A DNA stretch of 64,000 nt from Leucoraja ocellata (Eukaryota): NCBI GenBank assembly GCA_036785375.1, contig JAWMAR010000252.1, forward strand, positions 186,001 through 250,000, given 5' to 3'. A program made the position numbers and the translations under genes. Under the pieces are notes generated by a model. That model saw only the letters and a list, made by a program, of their open reading frames with translations, did no database searches and was not told where the DNA came from. This document shows, in pieces, positions 25,855 to 39,270 of the stretch (the stretch's first letter is position 1; every line of letters starts with the position of its first letter).

Positions 25855-27090
25855 CTACAACAGCAGAGAAAATCATTGGAATTCAGAAACATGACAAGCT
25901 GTAAATTGTTGATCTGTACAGACAAGAATAATAGCTGGAAGCAGCTGTAACAGCCAACATATGATTATCTTGCTTTGAATTATGTTCTTCTTTCTGTTAT
26001 TTCAAGTATTAACCTGTATTGACCATTTTCAGAGGTTCTTCCTTCCTCTCTCGGTGATAGCTCCCATATTCCCTAATTCTTTCCCAATTCCTCTCACCAA
26101 ATTAATTTCAGCATATTTTTGATTATTTCGCCCTTACACTTCCTGAAGATTTTTCCCAACATCTCTTTGACCTGGGACCTTCTCGTTCCAGCTACAGTAA
26201 GTTCAATGTCATTTTGTATCGATTTAATGGACCTGCTTTGCTCAGACACTTCAGGTAATTAAGTGTAACGTGTAAAGTGAAAAACACATTGGTTTGTGAC
26301 TGCTCACGTACAAGAGCAACTAGACAAAGATTATGCACCTCTTTCCATCAGATAATTTATGCTTGATTAAGATTTTAAAACCAAGCTTATAAAAGTGATT
26401 CCAAACACCATTATTTCAGGATTTGAGTTAATTCACTATGAATTAATAGCCTAATAACTGGCTGTCATCCTCCAGCATTCAATTGAAAGAATCTAAGTAG
26501 ATTAAAAAAATCATATATGTTCAATTTTTTTTTACATTTTCTTTCCTGTTCTCGTGTTCATGGGTTTCTGTTGAGATAATTACTTTATTGTGAAGTTTAT
26601 TTTTCTTATCTTTTCTTTCATTTGCTTATTTACATTTATTTAAGTAAAACATGCTGGTGTCTCATTATTCTCTGCTTTACATTATTTGACAAAGTTAAGA
26701 TCCACCTAATTACTTTTCAGGTTTAATGTTTATTTCCAATAAATATTGCTGAATACGTCCCCAACAAGAATTAAATGCCCACAAGCTTATTTAGTGTGAA
26801 TGTCAAGTTTCAGCTATCAATAGTTATATCTATCTGCATCCAGGGTGACTTCATAAACAACTTGACAATGTCAGGTAGCATTTCAGACTTGGTGATTGTT
26901 GCTTAATGCAGATGCCTGCCTTACTGCTCAGAAAATAAAGATGTTGTGTTGATTTGAAGTTTTAAATGTAAAATGTGGTGCTTTTTAAAAAATAATAATA
27001 AAGTCGTATTTTTTTAAATATTGTTGAAGGCCAAATGATGAACTTTGCATTGAACCTTAGTCTATGTACTTTCTCTTTCTGCAAACATAC

Positions 27091-27226
27091 CATTTTTTGA
27101 CTGCCACCATTTCTTTTTCCGATCAGGTTCAAAAGCTGTGATCACATTTTCAATGCGATGGCTGAAGGTGGAGCTGACAGGATTGAAAGGTAATCTTGAA
27201 TCGCATGTAAAACACTTTTTATCATC
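27091..27226 (-). CDS. LAMB4: Laminin beta-4 exon, LN domain
   Basis: AG/GTATGT boundaries, 136 bp. DDKKCFTCDSRLPFNPVSSTFSHRIENVITAFEPDRKKKWWQSKN; not in the ORF track. Confidence 0.93.
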
Positions 27227-27300
27227 CTAATTTTGGGGAAAAAAAGGAGATTATTCAGTCTCTCTTAAACCAGTGCATGAAGTCTCATTTTGTGTACATT

Positions 27301-27438
27301 ATTTTTCTTGTGTATGGCGTGCACAGCCTAAAGTTGTAGGACAACTTGTTCTATGTGATCTTATTTGACTGTGCACACCGGGTTGATTGCATTTGTCGAA
27401 ACAGGGCGGACCACGTGAAGGTTGCAATCTCCCACCCC
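27301..27438 (-). mobile_element. Short retroposon with 12-bp TSD
   Basis: TTTGTGTACATT is duplicated at 27289-27300 and 27439-27450; A-rich (caagaaaaa) 3' end on the minus strand. Confidence 0.75.
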
Positions 27439-28747
27439 TTTGTGTACATTGACAAACAATTTTAATTAAAGCTTTGCTATCTGATCTGCTGAACTATCTT
27501 GATCTGTAAAAATCCAGGCAGTGGCTATGGAATTGATAATCACCACAGGTTCAGGTTCAGATTACTGACGAAGACTTCTTTCTGACTCTTAGCAGCATTG
27601 TATTTGTAAGGCAATGTTCCCAGGACAGGTGTAAACCACCTCAACAAATGTCCTCGAATCAGAACGGGTGGACCTTGTTAAGATAATAAAGTTGTTTTCT
27701 TTGTTGACTTTTGTTGGAATCATGGCCTCTACTTCATGTTGGATTTCCTCATCTTCTCACCACAGTGCAACACTTCACATTTCTCAGAGGCAAATTTGAT
27801 CTGATACCAAACCACCCATTAGTACACTTGTAACACTTTAGTAATCCAGAAACTACAGTTGCCAGTAACCTGAAATAATAACAAGAAATTCTGCAATCAC
27901 TCAAACTTCCGACAGCATCTGTGTATAAAGTACTAGAATTAATCTTTTGGTCAAAAACCCTTCACCAGAATCTTTTGAAGTTCAATACTATCCTCCACAT
28001 AGTTTATTGTGCATCGAAGTCTATGTCATATGGAAATTTGGAAATTGTGCCCTCTTGCTCCCTGTCCTGCCACAAATTCCAGCTTCAAACTTGACGACAA
28101 GCCTTTATATGGCACCTTATCAAATGCCTTTCCTTCATCAATCCCCCCTGTAACAAGAAGAAAAAATCAGTTCAATTAGACACAATTTATATTTAGCAAA
28201 AAACCCACAAAATGCTGATGTAACTTGTCAGGTCACTCAGCATCTCTGGAAGACATGGATAGAAGATGTTTCAGGTTGGAACCCTTCATGCTGTTTTCTC
28301 CAATTCATCCAAATTGGGTCAATACGTTAATTCTGTCTCTGAGAGACATATGAGCAGAATGGATGTGACACAAAACTGACCCCATTTACATTGACTTTAC
28401 ATTGAAGAATCCTGTCACCAATAATCTAACCAAACATTATGTGTTTGGATTAATTGGTTTGTGACCTTCATAAACCATCAAGAGGTTGATGCGTGTATTA
28501 TTGTATCTGAGAAATATGATTTCAGATCTGTTATTTAAAAACAAACCATTTTCCATTATAATCATTATTTTGAGTTTGTTCACATACTGTAAAAGCAAAC
28601 CTATGAAAATGAAGTGACCAGCTTTATTTTATTTCTTTTCAGCCGTTACTTCCTGCAAAAATGTTCATGCTTGGCTGGATTTGACTGTTAATTTACATAG
28701 CTCAGTGGAACAGCAATAAATGAATATGGTTTATTACATCTTCTAGG

Positions 28748-28977
28748 CCAGGGCGATCTTTTCGGCGACTGACGTATAAGGTCACCGAAAAATTTGCGGC
28801 GTGATGTGGCGGTGACGTGGCGTTACGCGGCGTGATGACGTAATGATGCGCGGTGTTTTTTCAAGTGTCGCAGCATTTTTTTTGTCGCCGCTGGACTTTG
28901 AAATGTTCAAAATCTTTTGGCGACACTGATATGACGCCGGCAGTTGCCGAAAAAAATCGCCAAGTGGGACAGGCCCT
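28748..28977. mobile_element. Partial Harbinger-type MITE
   Basis: Right TIR aagtgggacaggccct as in 22938-23164; CpG-rich body; left TIR missing. Confidence 0.65.
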
Positions 28978-29256
28978 TCTCTTCCAGAAAGAAACTCTAA
29001 TCTGCATTGACAGTTTCTTCCCAGCTGTTATCTGTTACAACTGGATCATCCTAACACAACCAGAGAGCAGTGCAGAACTACTATCTACCTCTTTGATGTC
29101 CTTCGGACTATCCTTGATCGGACGTTGCTGACTTAACCTTGTACAATACGCTATTCCCTGATCATGTATTTATACGCAGCACACAACAAAAAGCTTTGCA
29201 CTGTACACAGTGACAATACACGTGGCAATAAACTAAACTAAACTGAACACGGCATC

Positions 29257-29408
29257 CAGTGGCGGACTGGGTCTAAAAATATTGGTTGCCAGGAGACAAA
29301 GGGGGCCCACCCACAATTACAATGCTATCACTTCATCAGGGGCCCACTTGCCATCACTTGCTATCATTTGTCATCGGGCAAGCTGACACCCTGGCCAGTC
29401 CGCCACTG
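29257..29408. mobile_element. hAT-type MITE
   Basis: 14-bp TIR CAGTGGCGGACTGG/CCAGTCCGCCACTG with perfect 8-bp TSD ACGGCATC. Confidence 0.88.
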
Positions 29409-31606
29409 ACGGCATCACAGTGCTGCAACGACTGTGGTGCATTCTGATTCTACAATGCATCTTAAAGTACAAAAGACTTTTGATTCTACAAAATGCTCAG
29501 GGCATTAAATTCATCTGATCACTGATGTGACAATTAGTGACACAATCAGTATTAATTTTCACTAATGCTGAAGCTATGGAATGCAGCTACTGAATATAAT
29601 CACTAAATGATTCATGATCGACATAACCTTTTAATTGAAGATAGACACAAAAATCTGGGGTAACTCAGCAGGACAGGCAGCATCTCTGGAGAGAAGGAAT
29701 GGGTGACGTTTCGGATCAAGACTCTTCTTCAGACTAGTTAGGGATAAGGGAAACTAGAGATATAGGCGATGATGTATAGAGATTAAAAAAATGAATGAAA
29801 GATATGCAAAATCACAGTTTAAGTAGTCAAATGTTCAAATTACCCTTACTGAGTAAAATAAAATTCCATTCAGATTTGCAGGAAGTAGTTATAGTTTGAA
29901 AATATGAGTTCCTTTTATCTCAATGTGGACTTGTGCCAGTATGCTGCATATCTTGGCTTGTTAGGAGTCTGTCTGTTCAGGAGCCTCCATTACTATAACA
30001 CACTTCTTAATAAAGACATGAACTAACGTGCAGGGATAACAAAAAAGGCACAAAAATCTAAATTGAGCATGCATTAGGAATTTGTTATTGAACATTGCTT
30101 TATTAATGATAGCTTATAGAAAATTTGTTTTACATCCGAAAGACCTCCGTCAATTGCTCTTCCTGCCATACAATATCTTGCATGGGCAGAAAAGTTGGAA
30201 ATATTTTTAAACCACAAAAAAAAGGCTCTTCTTCGGTACCTTTATTCTAATATTTGTAACTTTAATGCTCAACAACCTGTTCCTGCACGATTATTACCAA
30301 ATTATGTTGGCAGAATATTCTTCAATTTTGGAACTGAAAAAATGTAGCATGTTTTGACCTGTCTGTTTGGTCTCTTTGATTATATTCAGTAGATCATGCT
30401 GCACCATGATTATAAGCAGCAGGTAACATTTCATCGATACTGCGTTGCATCATATTTAACATTCTATTTAATTTGATGTAAGTAAGCGTTGAAAGAAACA
30501 TGGAAGGTGGATCTATGTAAAACAAGTGGCCCTGTTCTGGCAATTACTCCATTTAATGTGCTATATATCTTTAAGCACGCACAGAGATCAAGCAAATAAA
30601 TTGCCTGAGAACCTGGAAACATCAGTCATAGGAAATGTTCAGTGGAGCTGGCTCGATGCCTTGAGTTGGGGGCTTTTTGATGTCATTATTTATAAATAGA
30701 ATGGGGATTTCCTTTCTGTTTTATGAGTTTCTGAACTCTGCTTTCCAAAATCTGACTTCAGGTACCAGTAAAGTATCAGTCGATATTCTAACAACCCTGG
30801 AGGTCACCCTCTACTCTTGAAACAATGACAAGAGCCCAATTTCAATAGCGGCCTGATAAGAAAAGAGTATGAATTCTCATCCAAGCGTCAGTCCATGTGG
30901 TTCTTCAATAGACCGCAGAGCACTGTTGTGCACAGCTCAGGGCCATGCTGACTACCTGTTTCTGTTCATTCCCCAAGATTGTACAGCAGTAGGATGTTTC
31001 TGAAGCTTTAGCCACTGCTGCTCAACTTATTAAAGTGTACAGAGGCACATTAGAATGTCCTCCTCTTTGTACATCCAACTAACACTGAAAATAATACTCA
31101 AGTAATTTGAGCTGGTCCATTATCATCTGCATCAATGAATAATCAATCATAACGAAGATACAAGGAACTGCAGATTCTGGAAGCCTGAGCAAAACATAAA
31201 GTGCTGAAGAAACTCAGCAGTACCTGTGGAGGGAATGGATATATGACGTTTTCGTCAAGATCCTACTTCAATCTGATTGATTTGGGTGGGGGTAGGGGTG
31301 GGGGTGGGGGTGGGGGTTATAGATCCTGAACTGGGAAGCTCTTATAGCTATCTCTGTTTTAGCTTTTGATTTTCAGCACTCCTTTTCCAAAACCAGCCTT
31401 ATCCCCATCCTCTCCAGCCAATTGTGAGATGTTCAGGTCTCATGCGAAATGTTGCTCCTGCACTTCATCCTATACAACTGAATCAATTTATACATCCAAA
31501 AAGTGCCTGTGTTGAGTGAAATATATTATTCATATTATTTACAATATTTTACCAGATTCAAAGATATTCAGCATTCCCCCTCTCTGTCTTTACTGCAGCT
31601 GACTTA

Positions 31607-32461
31607 AGGGCTTGTCCCACTGAGGCAACTTCTCAGCGGACTGCCTGCGACCTTCAAGCACTCGCCTGAAAAACCCCGAACTGGAACGGCGACCGTCATA
31701 CACACACACACATACACACATCGCAAAGGCGGGGGCCAGGGAAAGTGGGGTAGCGCTGTTGGAAATTCACACAGTGCAAAGCCAAGGTGATACAGACACA
31801 CACCGCGATGAACAGGAAAGTACAGTGTACGGTCAGTCCTTTAAAAGAGCAGGGGGAGGGGGGAGAAGGGGAGAGAAGTTGGGGGTGGGAGAAGGAGTGG
31901 AGACACTTTTAAGAAACCAGACAAGTTTTAATAAGCCAGAGATACCCAGCTGTTTAGTTTAGCGGGCGTTTAACATTACCGGTCAGTTTTCCTTGGTTCT
32001 GAAAACTCGTGCTTACGTTCCCCCCCCCCCCCCCCCCCCCAATGAGCCAATGAAAATGCCCGATCAGCAAAGATTAACAAAAACTACCTACGGCTACCTC
32101 GACTCCCTACAACGTCGCACCAAAATTTTTCATCATGTTGAAAATTTTTCAGCGACCAAAAATCAGTTGCCATGGAGAAAATCGATACTTTTGTAGTCGT
32201 AGGTGACCCCACTACCACTGCACCTACGACTACAAAAGTATCGATTTTCTCCATGGCAACTGATTTTTGGTCGCTGAAAAATTTTCAACATGATGAAAAA
32301 TTTTGGTGCGACGATACTGAGGCTGCGACTAGTTCCCAGAATGCGGGAACTCCTTGCGACCATGAAGGAGACTCAACAGAGACCACAAGTGACCATGTGG
32401 CGACCATGTGACGATCATGAGGCGAGCGCAGAGTCTCCTGCACTTGCCTAAAAAGTCGCCA
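31607..32461. mobile_element. Harbinger-type non-autonomous element with internal perfect hairpin
   Basis: tta|agggcttgtcccact left TIR; 93-bp perfect inverted repeat at 32113-32205/32221-32313; right TIR truncated. Confidence 0.7.
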
Positions 32462-32693
32462 ATCCTGCTTAAAAGGTTCAGGCAGCATATCTGGACATGG
32501 AATTATAGAACTTTGAACAATACAGCGCAGGATTAGGCCGTACAGCCCACAATGTCTGTGCCAAACATGATGCCAAGACCAAATCTAACCAACCATTGCC
32601 AAAATGTTGATATGTCACATAGTCTCGACATTAATATTGTACAGTAAGGTGGAATAACAATGGATTTTTTTTCTCTCTTAAGCAAGAACTAAC

Positions 32694-32851
32694 CTGTAAG
32701 TGACTTAGGATGCAATATGTTTCAGGTCCATTCTGGCCACAGGTTGAGGAGGCAGAGAGCCGACTGTTGCGACCCACAAGCAAGTCTCCAAGAGGTGGAT
32801 AGCATGAGCCAACATTGCAATCGTCTTGAGAGTAAGCAAAGCTTATCAACA
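32694..32851 (-). CDS. LAMB4: Laminin beta-4 exon (end of signal peptide, start of LN domain); first confidently visible coding exon
   Basis: ttacag| acceptor and |gttagt donor, 158 bp. Encodes [52 protein letters not shown], matching the LAMB4 N-terminus as recalled (QDDCNRGACHPTTGDLLVGR...). Confidence 0.93.
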
Positions 32852-34930
32852 CTGTAACAGAGATATGGGTAAAATAAATTAAACTTGCTGTTTGCCTGAT
32901 TCCTAATGACGTTGTAAATCAATGTCCAAATAGATGGAAACATCAAGTTATTCCTCGTGCCACAGTCTGATTTTACATTTCCCTGGAGAAGTTCTCCTCC
33001 AATGTTAGCAGTCACTTTTTAGATTTGTATCTATGTTTTCAACCCCCTTTGTGGCCTTCCCCCTCTCTGTCTTTACTGCACCTCACTTACATTATTGGCA
33101 ATCCTGATTAAAATGGCAGACAATGCAGGAGCAACTCAGCAGTTCAGGCAGCATTTCCGCAGCACATGGATAGGTGACGTTTCAGGTCGGCACCCTTCTT
33201 GGCAGAACTGCAATTTTTGAAAGTTGTGAATCCCCAATCCTCAAGGATGTGGACTCATAAAACTAAATGATCATCCCACCAACAGTGAGCAGGAATTGGT
33301 TGCTCTTACTCCTTGATGTTCTGTTTAAAATTGTAAGTAGGCACATTGGCACTGGATTGGATTTTTAAATATATTTTGATATAACTTGACCCAAACCAAC
33401 AGTTTGGGTTAAGTTACATGTCTAAAGTTTCTGCCGAAAGTTTCTAATGCTACATACACTAAGACATCATTCAGGCCGGAGTGGATTACCCACTAATTAA
33501 ATCTGAATGACAAGTTTCACAAAGCAAAGAGTTAGGCAAGCAGCCTACACAATAAAACATGGCCCAGCTTGTTCAGAACACAGATATTTTCCAGTCACCA
33601 AACGATTAATGTAGGATTGTGAAAATTCTCTTATAATTAACTGCATTACTGTCTCAGAAAATAATCAGCTTTGTTTGGAGTTCTGTAGTGCCATGTTAAG
33701 TTAACTGATCATATTAGAATAATTTTACTAGCATGAAACAATGACTCTTGCCAGTTAGTCGTGTGAGTCTGGAACAGGAATTAACACATTACCAACAGTT
33801 GGCTTGTGATCTGTTTCTGCCTGCTGTGGAAACTACATGGTGACATTCTGAATCCTACAACAGAAATGTAAACTTTAAAGTCTGTAATTTTTTTATGATG
33901 TTACAACAATGTTTGCACCACAAAACACATCATTGGCTAAAAAGCTATTTGGAGCAATATAAAAGTAGTAAATACATCATATGGCCCCAAGTGTTTTTTT
34001 TTCCCTACTTTGACACAATTGGATAGAGGGGGCCTAAACTTTATTTCGAGCAATAAAACAAAGGATCCTGCAGCTGAATGTTGACTTAATCCAGAGGAGC
34101 AACTTGTGCAGAATTCGGAATGGCTCAGTAGCTACTAAGAAGCTTTCACTTTGGACTTTAGGGCAGGATTTTTGTTCTTCCTCACACTTCGTTTTTTAGT
34201 GTTGAACTTTAATTGATGTCAACAATAGTGTAACATGCAGATTTGTTTACAGTGAGATTTTCAACCTTAGAAGCCTTGAAACAGTTCCTGTGTATTTAGA
34301 GAATAACCAGGTTTTATTGATCCCTGAAACCATGATTCTTAAGGAGCCAAGTTGCAAACTGCTTTTCCTCAGGCTTGGATCTCCCTCAACCTCAAAATTA
34401 ATCACCAATGTGTAACCTGACTGCTTTGTCCGTTGAGGTAGCTCTCAGTTTCTTGGCCTGATTACTGCTCCATCTCAATGGTCACATGAGGGAGGCCATC
34501 CAAACTGCATCGTCAAGGAGAGGTATATTTTGTCTAATGTGTCCTTCAGGTTGAGTTTTAGATGAATAAAACAATATTTGAGCTATGAAGGAATGTGGTT
34601 CAATGTCTGTAAACGTTATTTTTAAATACATGAGAGGTTGTTTGGCACCACCGGCGGGTCTTCTGGCGGGGATTTTCAAGTGTGCTCTCATAATTTTGTC
34701 TGGATTAAAGGAGGTGCAAAACATAAATTTCTGAGATGCAGATTCACTGCAGATCACAAACTGATTATTGAAAATCACTTGTTTAAGAAAGAACTGCAGA
34801 TACTGGAAAAATCGAAGGTAGACAAAAAGGCTGGAGAAACTCAGCGGGTGAGGTAGCATCTATGGAGCGAAGGAATAGGCGACATTTTGGGCCGATACCC
34901 TTCTTCAGACTTCAGACTTAAAATCACTTA

Positions 34931-35614
34931 AGCCCCTGTCCCACTTACGTGTCCTTGTCACGCTAATTACACGACTTTGGGGTCATGTTGAGCCGCGAAG
35001 GTCGCGAGCGACTTCATTCGACCGCACAGCCGTCTGGAGCGTGTGATGTTATTTGAAGATTGACACAAAATGCAGGAGTATCTCAGCGGGACTGGCGGTG
35101 TCTCCGGAAAGAAGGAATGGATGATGTTTCGTGTCGAGACCCTTCTTTCAAACTGAAGAAGGGTCTTGACACGAAACATCATCCATTCCTTCTTTCCGGA
35201 GACACTGCCAGTCCCGCTGAGATACTCCTGCATTTGTGTCTATCTTCAATTTTCTTGGCCCCATTCTGGGAGTAGAAGTGGGGACGGCTCCTGACCGCAA
35301 CGGCCGTAAGCCCCAGGCCGAGTTCAGCAATCGTTTGCCTGCTTTTGCTGCTGTTGAAGGTGGGACGTTGCATCGCGCCAGGGTATCGGGCCTGTCCCAC
35401 TATGGCCGTCAGTTCCGCGACAGGACGTTGGCGCGCAAAGTTTTCGTTCGCTACAAAAATTTCGGAGCCCCGCGCGATGTCGCGCACAACTACATACCCC
35501 TCCGCGCTTCTCATTGGGACCGGCCCCGCACGGCCATACGATGCCCGTGCACCTCAACGCGACGACGAGGTCGCGTAATTTGCGTGCCAAGGACACGTAA
35601 GTGGGACAGGCCCT
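34931..35614. mobile_element. Harbinger-type MITE carrying a Penelope/MER6-like foldback
   Basis: TIRs agcccctgtcccacttacgtgtcctt / aaggacacgtaagtgggacaggccct, TTA TSD, internal inverted repeat at about 35053-35249. Confidence 0.85.
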
Positions 35615-36699
35615 TTAGTCTTTTCAACTGTACTCACCAAGCAGAGCCACAGCCTCCAGCCTCATCCTGTAGAATGTAATCAGCAACACTGCTATTACTT
35701 CTGAAAGAAAGTTATGAAACTGAACAGCATTGTTCAAAAGGAGTCATGCCATATTTCATAGGCGAGAAATACTTGAATATGCAAATTATACCTGTGTTCA
35801 GGCATGTACGAAATACACAGTTTAGTTGTGTGTGATGGAGAATCCTAAATGTGGTGGAATTGAACTGATGGTTTGGTGCAGAAAACACAGTGGTTACCTC
35901 CATAACTGTAATGGGAACTGAAATTACCTGCAAGCTTTGGTGAAAGCCTATCCTGACAGTGTGGTGCACTGTTCGCTGCTGTCAATTTCACTGCACTCTA
36001 AAGCTGGACTTCTCATGTTGTTAATTAGTGGAATGAGAATTGCCGAGAGTTTCCTAGGTAAGGTCTGCTTCAGTGGGTGGGCAAGTGGGAAGTACTGGCA
36101 GTCAACTACTTACAGATGAAATTCTGGGCAAATACTTGCTGCCAGTTGAGGAAATTACATGAAAGCAAATGCAGTAAACCAGCTTTTTGAAATAAAAGCC
36201 AAATAAATCTCAGCATATTATCTGGAAGTTATGACAATATCACCTCCTCTTTATTTCCCTTCCCTATCCTTTCTCCCTCCTTTCCTTGCTTCACATCCTG
36301 TCTTCTCTGAAGGTGGCATTCCTGCCTTTAAATCATCTCAGTCCAGAGATTTCAGTGTAAAATCTATCCTGACATTCCAGTCTTTTATTGAGCACCTTCA
36401 GAGTTGCTGTTCTTGGCAATTTCCAATGGAGAGCAGAAACATTATTTTGGTATTCAAGCCAATGTTTATCCAGCAACTAATTAAAAAAAAAAAGGGTTTT
36501 CTGATGATGATCATTATGCTGTTTGTATGCATTGTTGCTGCTAGCTGGTGAATTCCCTGCAGTATCTTATTGTATATTATTGCCGTATCACTGTCAAAAG
36601 ATTTCCTTTGCCAGAAAGAGCTTTGAAGACGGTTAAATGCAAAAGAGGATGTACAATGTTGAGTTGTGGTGACGCTGCCTAACAGAGCCAACAACTCTA

Positions 36700-36995
36700 G
36701 ACGGCACAGTGGCGCAGTGATAGAGTTGCTGCCTTACAGCGCCAGAGACCCAAGTTTGATTCTGACTACGGGCGCTGTCTGTTCGGAGTTTGTACGTTCT
36801 CCCCATGGCCTGTGTGGGCTTTCTCCGGGATCTCCGGTTTTGTCCCACATCCCAAATATGTGTGGGCTGGTTGTACAATTGACCACTGTAAATTGCCCCT
36901 GGTACATAACTGAGTGGTGGAATCTTGTAGGAGAGTGGGGACAATAAGTAATGGGATTACCACAATAACTGGCACAGGCATAATGGATTGAATGT
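36700..36995 (+). mobile_element. HE1/V-SINE-like SINE
   Basis: acggcacagtggcgcagtgatagagttgctgccttacagcgccagagacc head and V-like core. Confidence 0.8.
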
Positions 36996-38338
36996 AGATT
37001 GTCATTTGAAAATGTGGAAAGATTTCATTTTTGGCACAATAAACGCCCTCTCTATTTTTGCCAAGAAAGTCCCCTTATGCTTTGCTTATTTGTAAATATT
37101 GAGTTTAAATATACTAAATTCAAATATAGAAGAATCACTCAATTATTACTTTTCTCTACTGTATTGCAATGTTGGAATTCCCTGTTTTCCACCACAATTA
37201 TTAAGGGATTGATTTGTTTGTGTCCAATCCTCAAATTCATATTGTTTAAAACACTTACATCAGAAATATAGCAGAGAGAAGACACATGCTAACTACGATC
37301 TTCTCAAGCGCAAATTACTGTGATTTCAGCGAGGTCAACATCTCGTACAATTATTAAGATAAAGGTGGGATTGATTACTTGCATTACTCAATATATTGGC
37401 CAAAGTAAGATCAAAAATGCAATCTGAGGGAATTGAACTAGATTAGTCGATAAGCTTAGTTTTAACTTCCCAGTTTTGTGATTTTTGCAGGAGGAACATG
37501 GTGAAAATCAGCCTGTCAAATTTTGCAAGTATTGTAAAATTCATTCCGGGGTGTAGGAACTCCCCTAAATAATGCTAAATACATATATTTTTTGAACAAC
37601 ATTACATAGCTAATCAGCCTTCTCTTTATATAGGAGAAAATATATCTTTAATTTATATTGCAATCTAAACTCAAAATTAAGGGTTGGATATGTTTTATAC
37701 TGTAAATACTAATCTATACAGTTTGCACGAAGAAACACGGACATTTTAAAGCTAAAACTGCTATTGCAACGTTTTCGTAGTGAATGTTTGGTAGGAGTCA
37801 ATTTCAATAAAGGAATAAATATTTCAGCATGCTGTTCTTGCGTTTTAATTTTGAATCTTATTTTTCTAACAAATGCATCTTTTGCTCTGCGTTGCTGCTA
37901 TCTACGAAGAGCAACAGGATTTTTATGTAACTTGAGCTCCATGAGTAAGTAGCCAGCCAGCTGTTCAACATCCAAACAGTGATTATGGCAGCAATTCAGA
38001 CCACCTATGCAATTTTACAAAGTTTCATAACAACTACGAATTTATAGCACAAAAATATTTGATTTGCCATTATTCCATTAAATAGAGAAATGCTAGCAAA
38101 TTTAAGTGATCATTTTGATTTGAGTTATTGAATGTACCTTGTATGAAATAAATAGAAATATGCAAGTACAATTTGGGAAAGAGCACAAAACAAATATTCA
38201 CAAAAATGTTCAGAAACATCCATTTAATTTAAAGAGGCTAAAAAATACATTTTTTTTTGCCTACCTTGCTTTTTATGAGCTCTTGTAAAGCATATGGCTT
38301 AACCAGGAGAATGATGTACAACAAGTAAAAGCACACTG

Positions 38339-38642
38339 ATATGCATTATCAAGGCTCTTACAATGCTGAGCCTCCCATAAAATGCAACTCAAATTAAAGG
38401 TACTTGATATCAGAATGTGGACCGTGAAGAAATTCATGCTGATTCTTGCTGGTGGTAGTTTGATGAAAAGCATAGCTGAACTTTTAATTATACATTTTAG
38501 ATCAGCTATTTATTCATAAAACTAAAGCAATGAATTCACCATGAATTTCTTTTGGTTTCTGTATCAAGAACAATAATTTTGTGTTGCATTTTATGGGAGG
38601 CTCAGCAAACAGAATTTGATAAGAGCCTTGATAATGCAATAT
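38339..38642. repeat. About 300-bp imperfect palindrome (old foldback/MITE)
   Basis: gcattatcaaggctctta..gctgagcctcccataaaatgcaac pairs with gttgcattttatgggaggctcagc..taagagccttgataatgc; further inner paired blocks are centred near 38490. Confidence 0.75.
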
Positions 38643-38799
38643 TAAAGCAGATGAGCTAAAACTTGTTGAAAGTGATAGGTTTTAAGAGTTGTCACAAAGC
38701 AAGGCAGGGGGACTAATAAACAGAAGGAGAGGTTCATGAGGGAATCCCAGAGCATAGGACATTGGCTGCTGAAGACTGGTATCAATGCTGGAGTCATGA

Positions 38800-39270
38800 A
38801 ATGTATAGGAAGGAACTGCAGATGCTGGTTTACACTGAAGATAGACATAAAATTATGGAGTAACTCAACAGGTGAGGCAGTATCTCTAGGTGCTTACAAC
38901 CCAGCGATATGAATATTGATTTCTCTAATTTTAAATAACCCTTGCATTCCATCTTTCTCTGTATCTCACCCACCCTAGTCATCCTACTAGCTTGACTGTC
39001 ATCCTGCTGAATGTCACTGTTCGTACCCCCTCGTTATCTCATCTTCCACGGCCAACAATGAACCATTGTGGGCTCCCCCTTTCCTTAATCGTCCTTGCTG
39101 GCCTTGATTAGTTTCATTCTTTTGTTCTTTGCACCTCCTCATACCTCCAAATTCCCTCTCCCCTGACTCTCAGTCCGGAGAAGGATCTCAACCCAAAACT
39201 TCACCTATTCCTTTTCTCCAGAGATGCTGCCTGACCCGCTGAGTTACTCCAGCATTTTGTGTCTATCTTC
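38800..39270 (+). mobile_element. Penelope-like element 3' remnant
   Basis: LQPSDMNIDFSNFK* GIY-YIG C-terminal motif followed by the gaagg..cccaaaac..cacc terminal repeat seen many times in the window. Confidence 0.6.

Noticed and set aside
1245-32851. Calling the gene LAMB1, LAMB2 or netrin-4
   Set aside because: The QDDC start, 158-bp exon, NIPYPVDF and YWGLGNSLYGC match LAMB4 as recalled. Five LE domains plus LF exclude netrin-4.
33305-38346. Candidate LAMB4 ATG exons: MCLLTILNRTSR (about 33310-33346), a 62-bp AG/GT segment (about 33793-33854), MCLLSAIFL (37259-37287), MHISVLLLVVHHSP (38304-38346)
   Set aside because: None combines phase 1, a good signal-peptide h-region and a strong donor. 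The 37259 candidate is phase 2 and would need an alternative acceptor. Not resolvable without transcripts.
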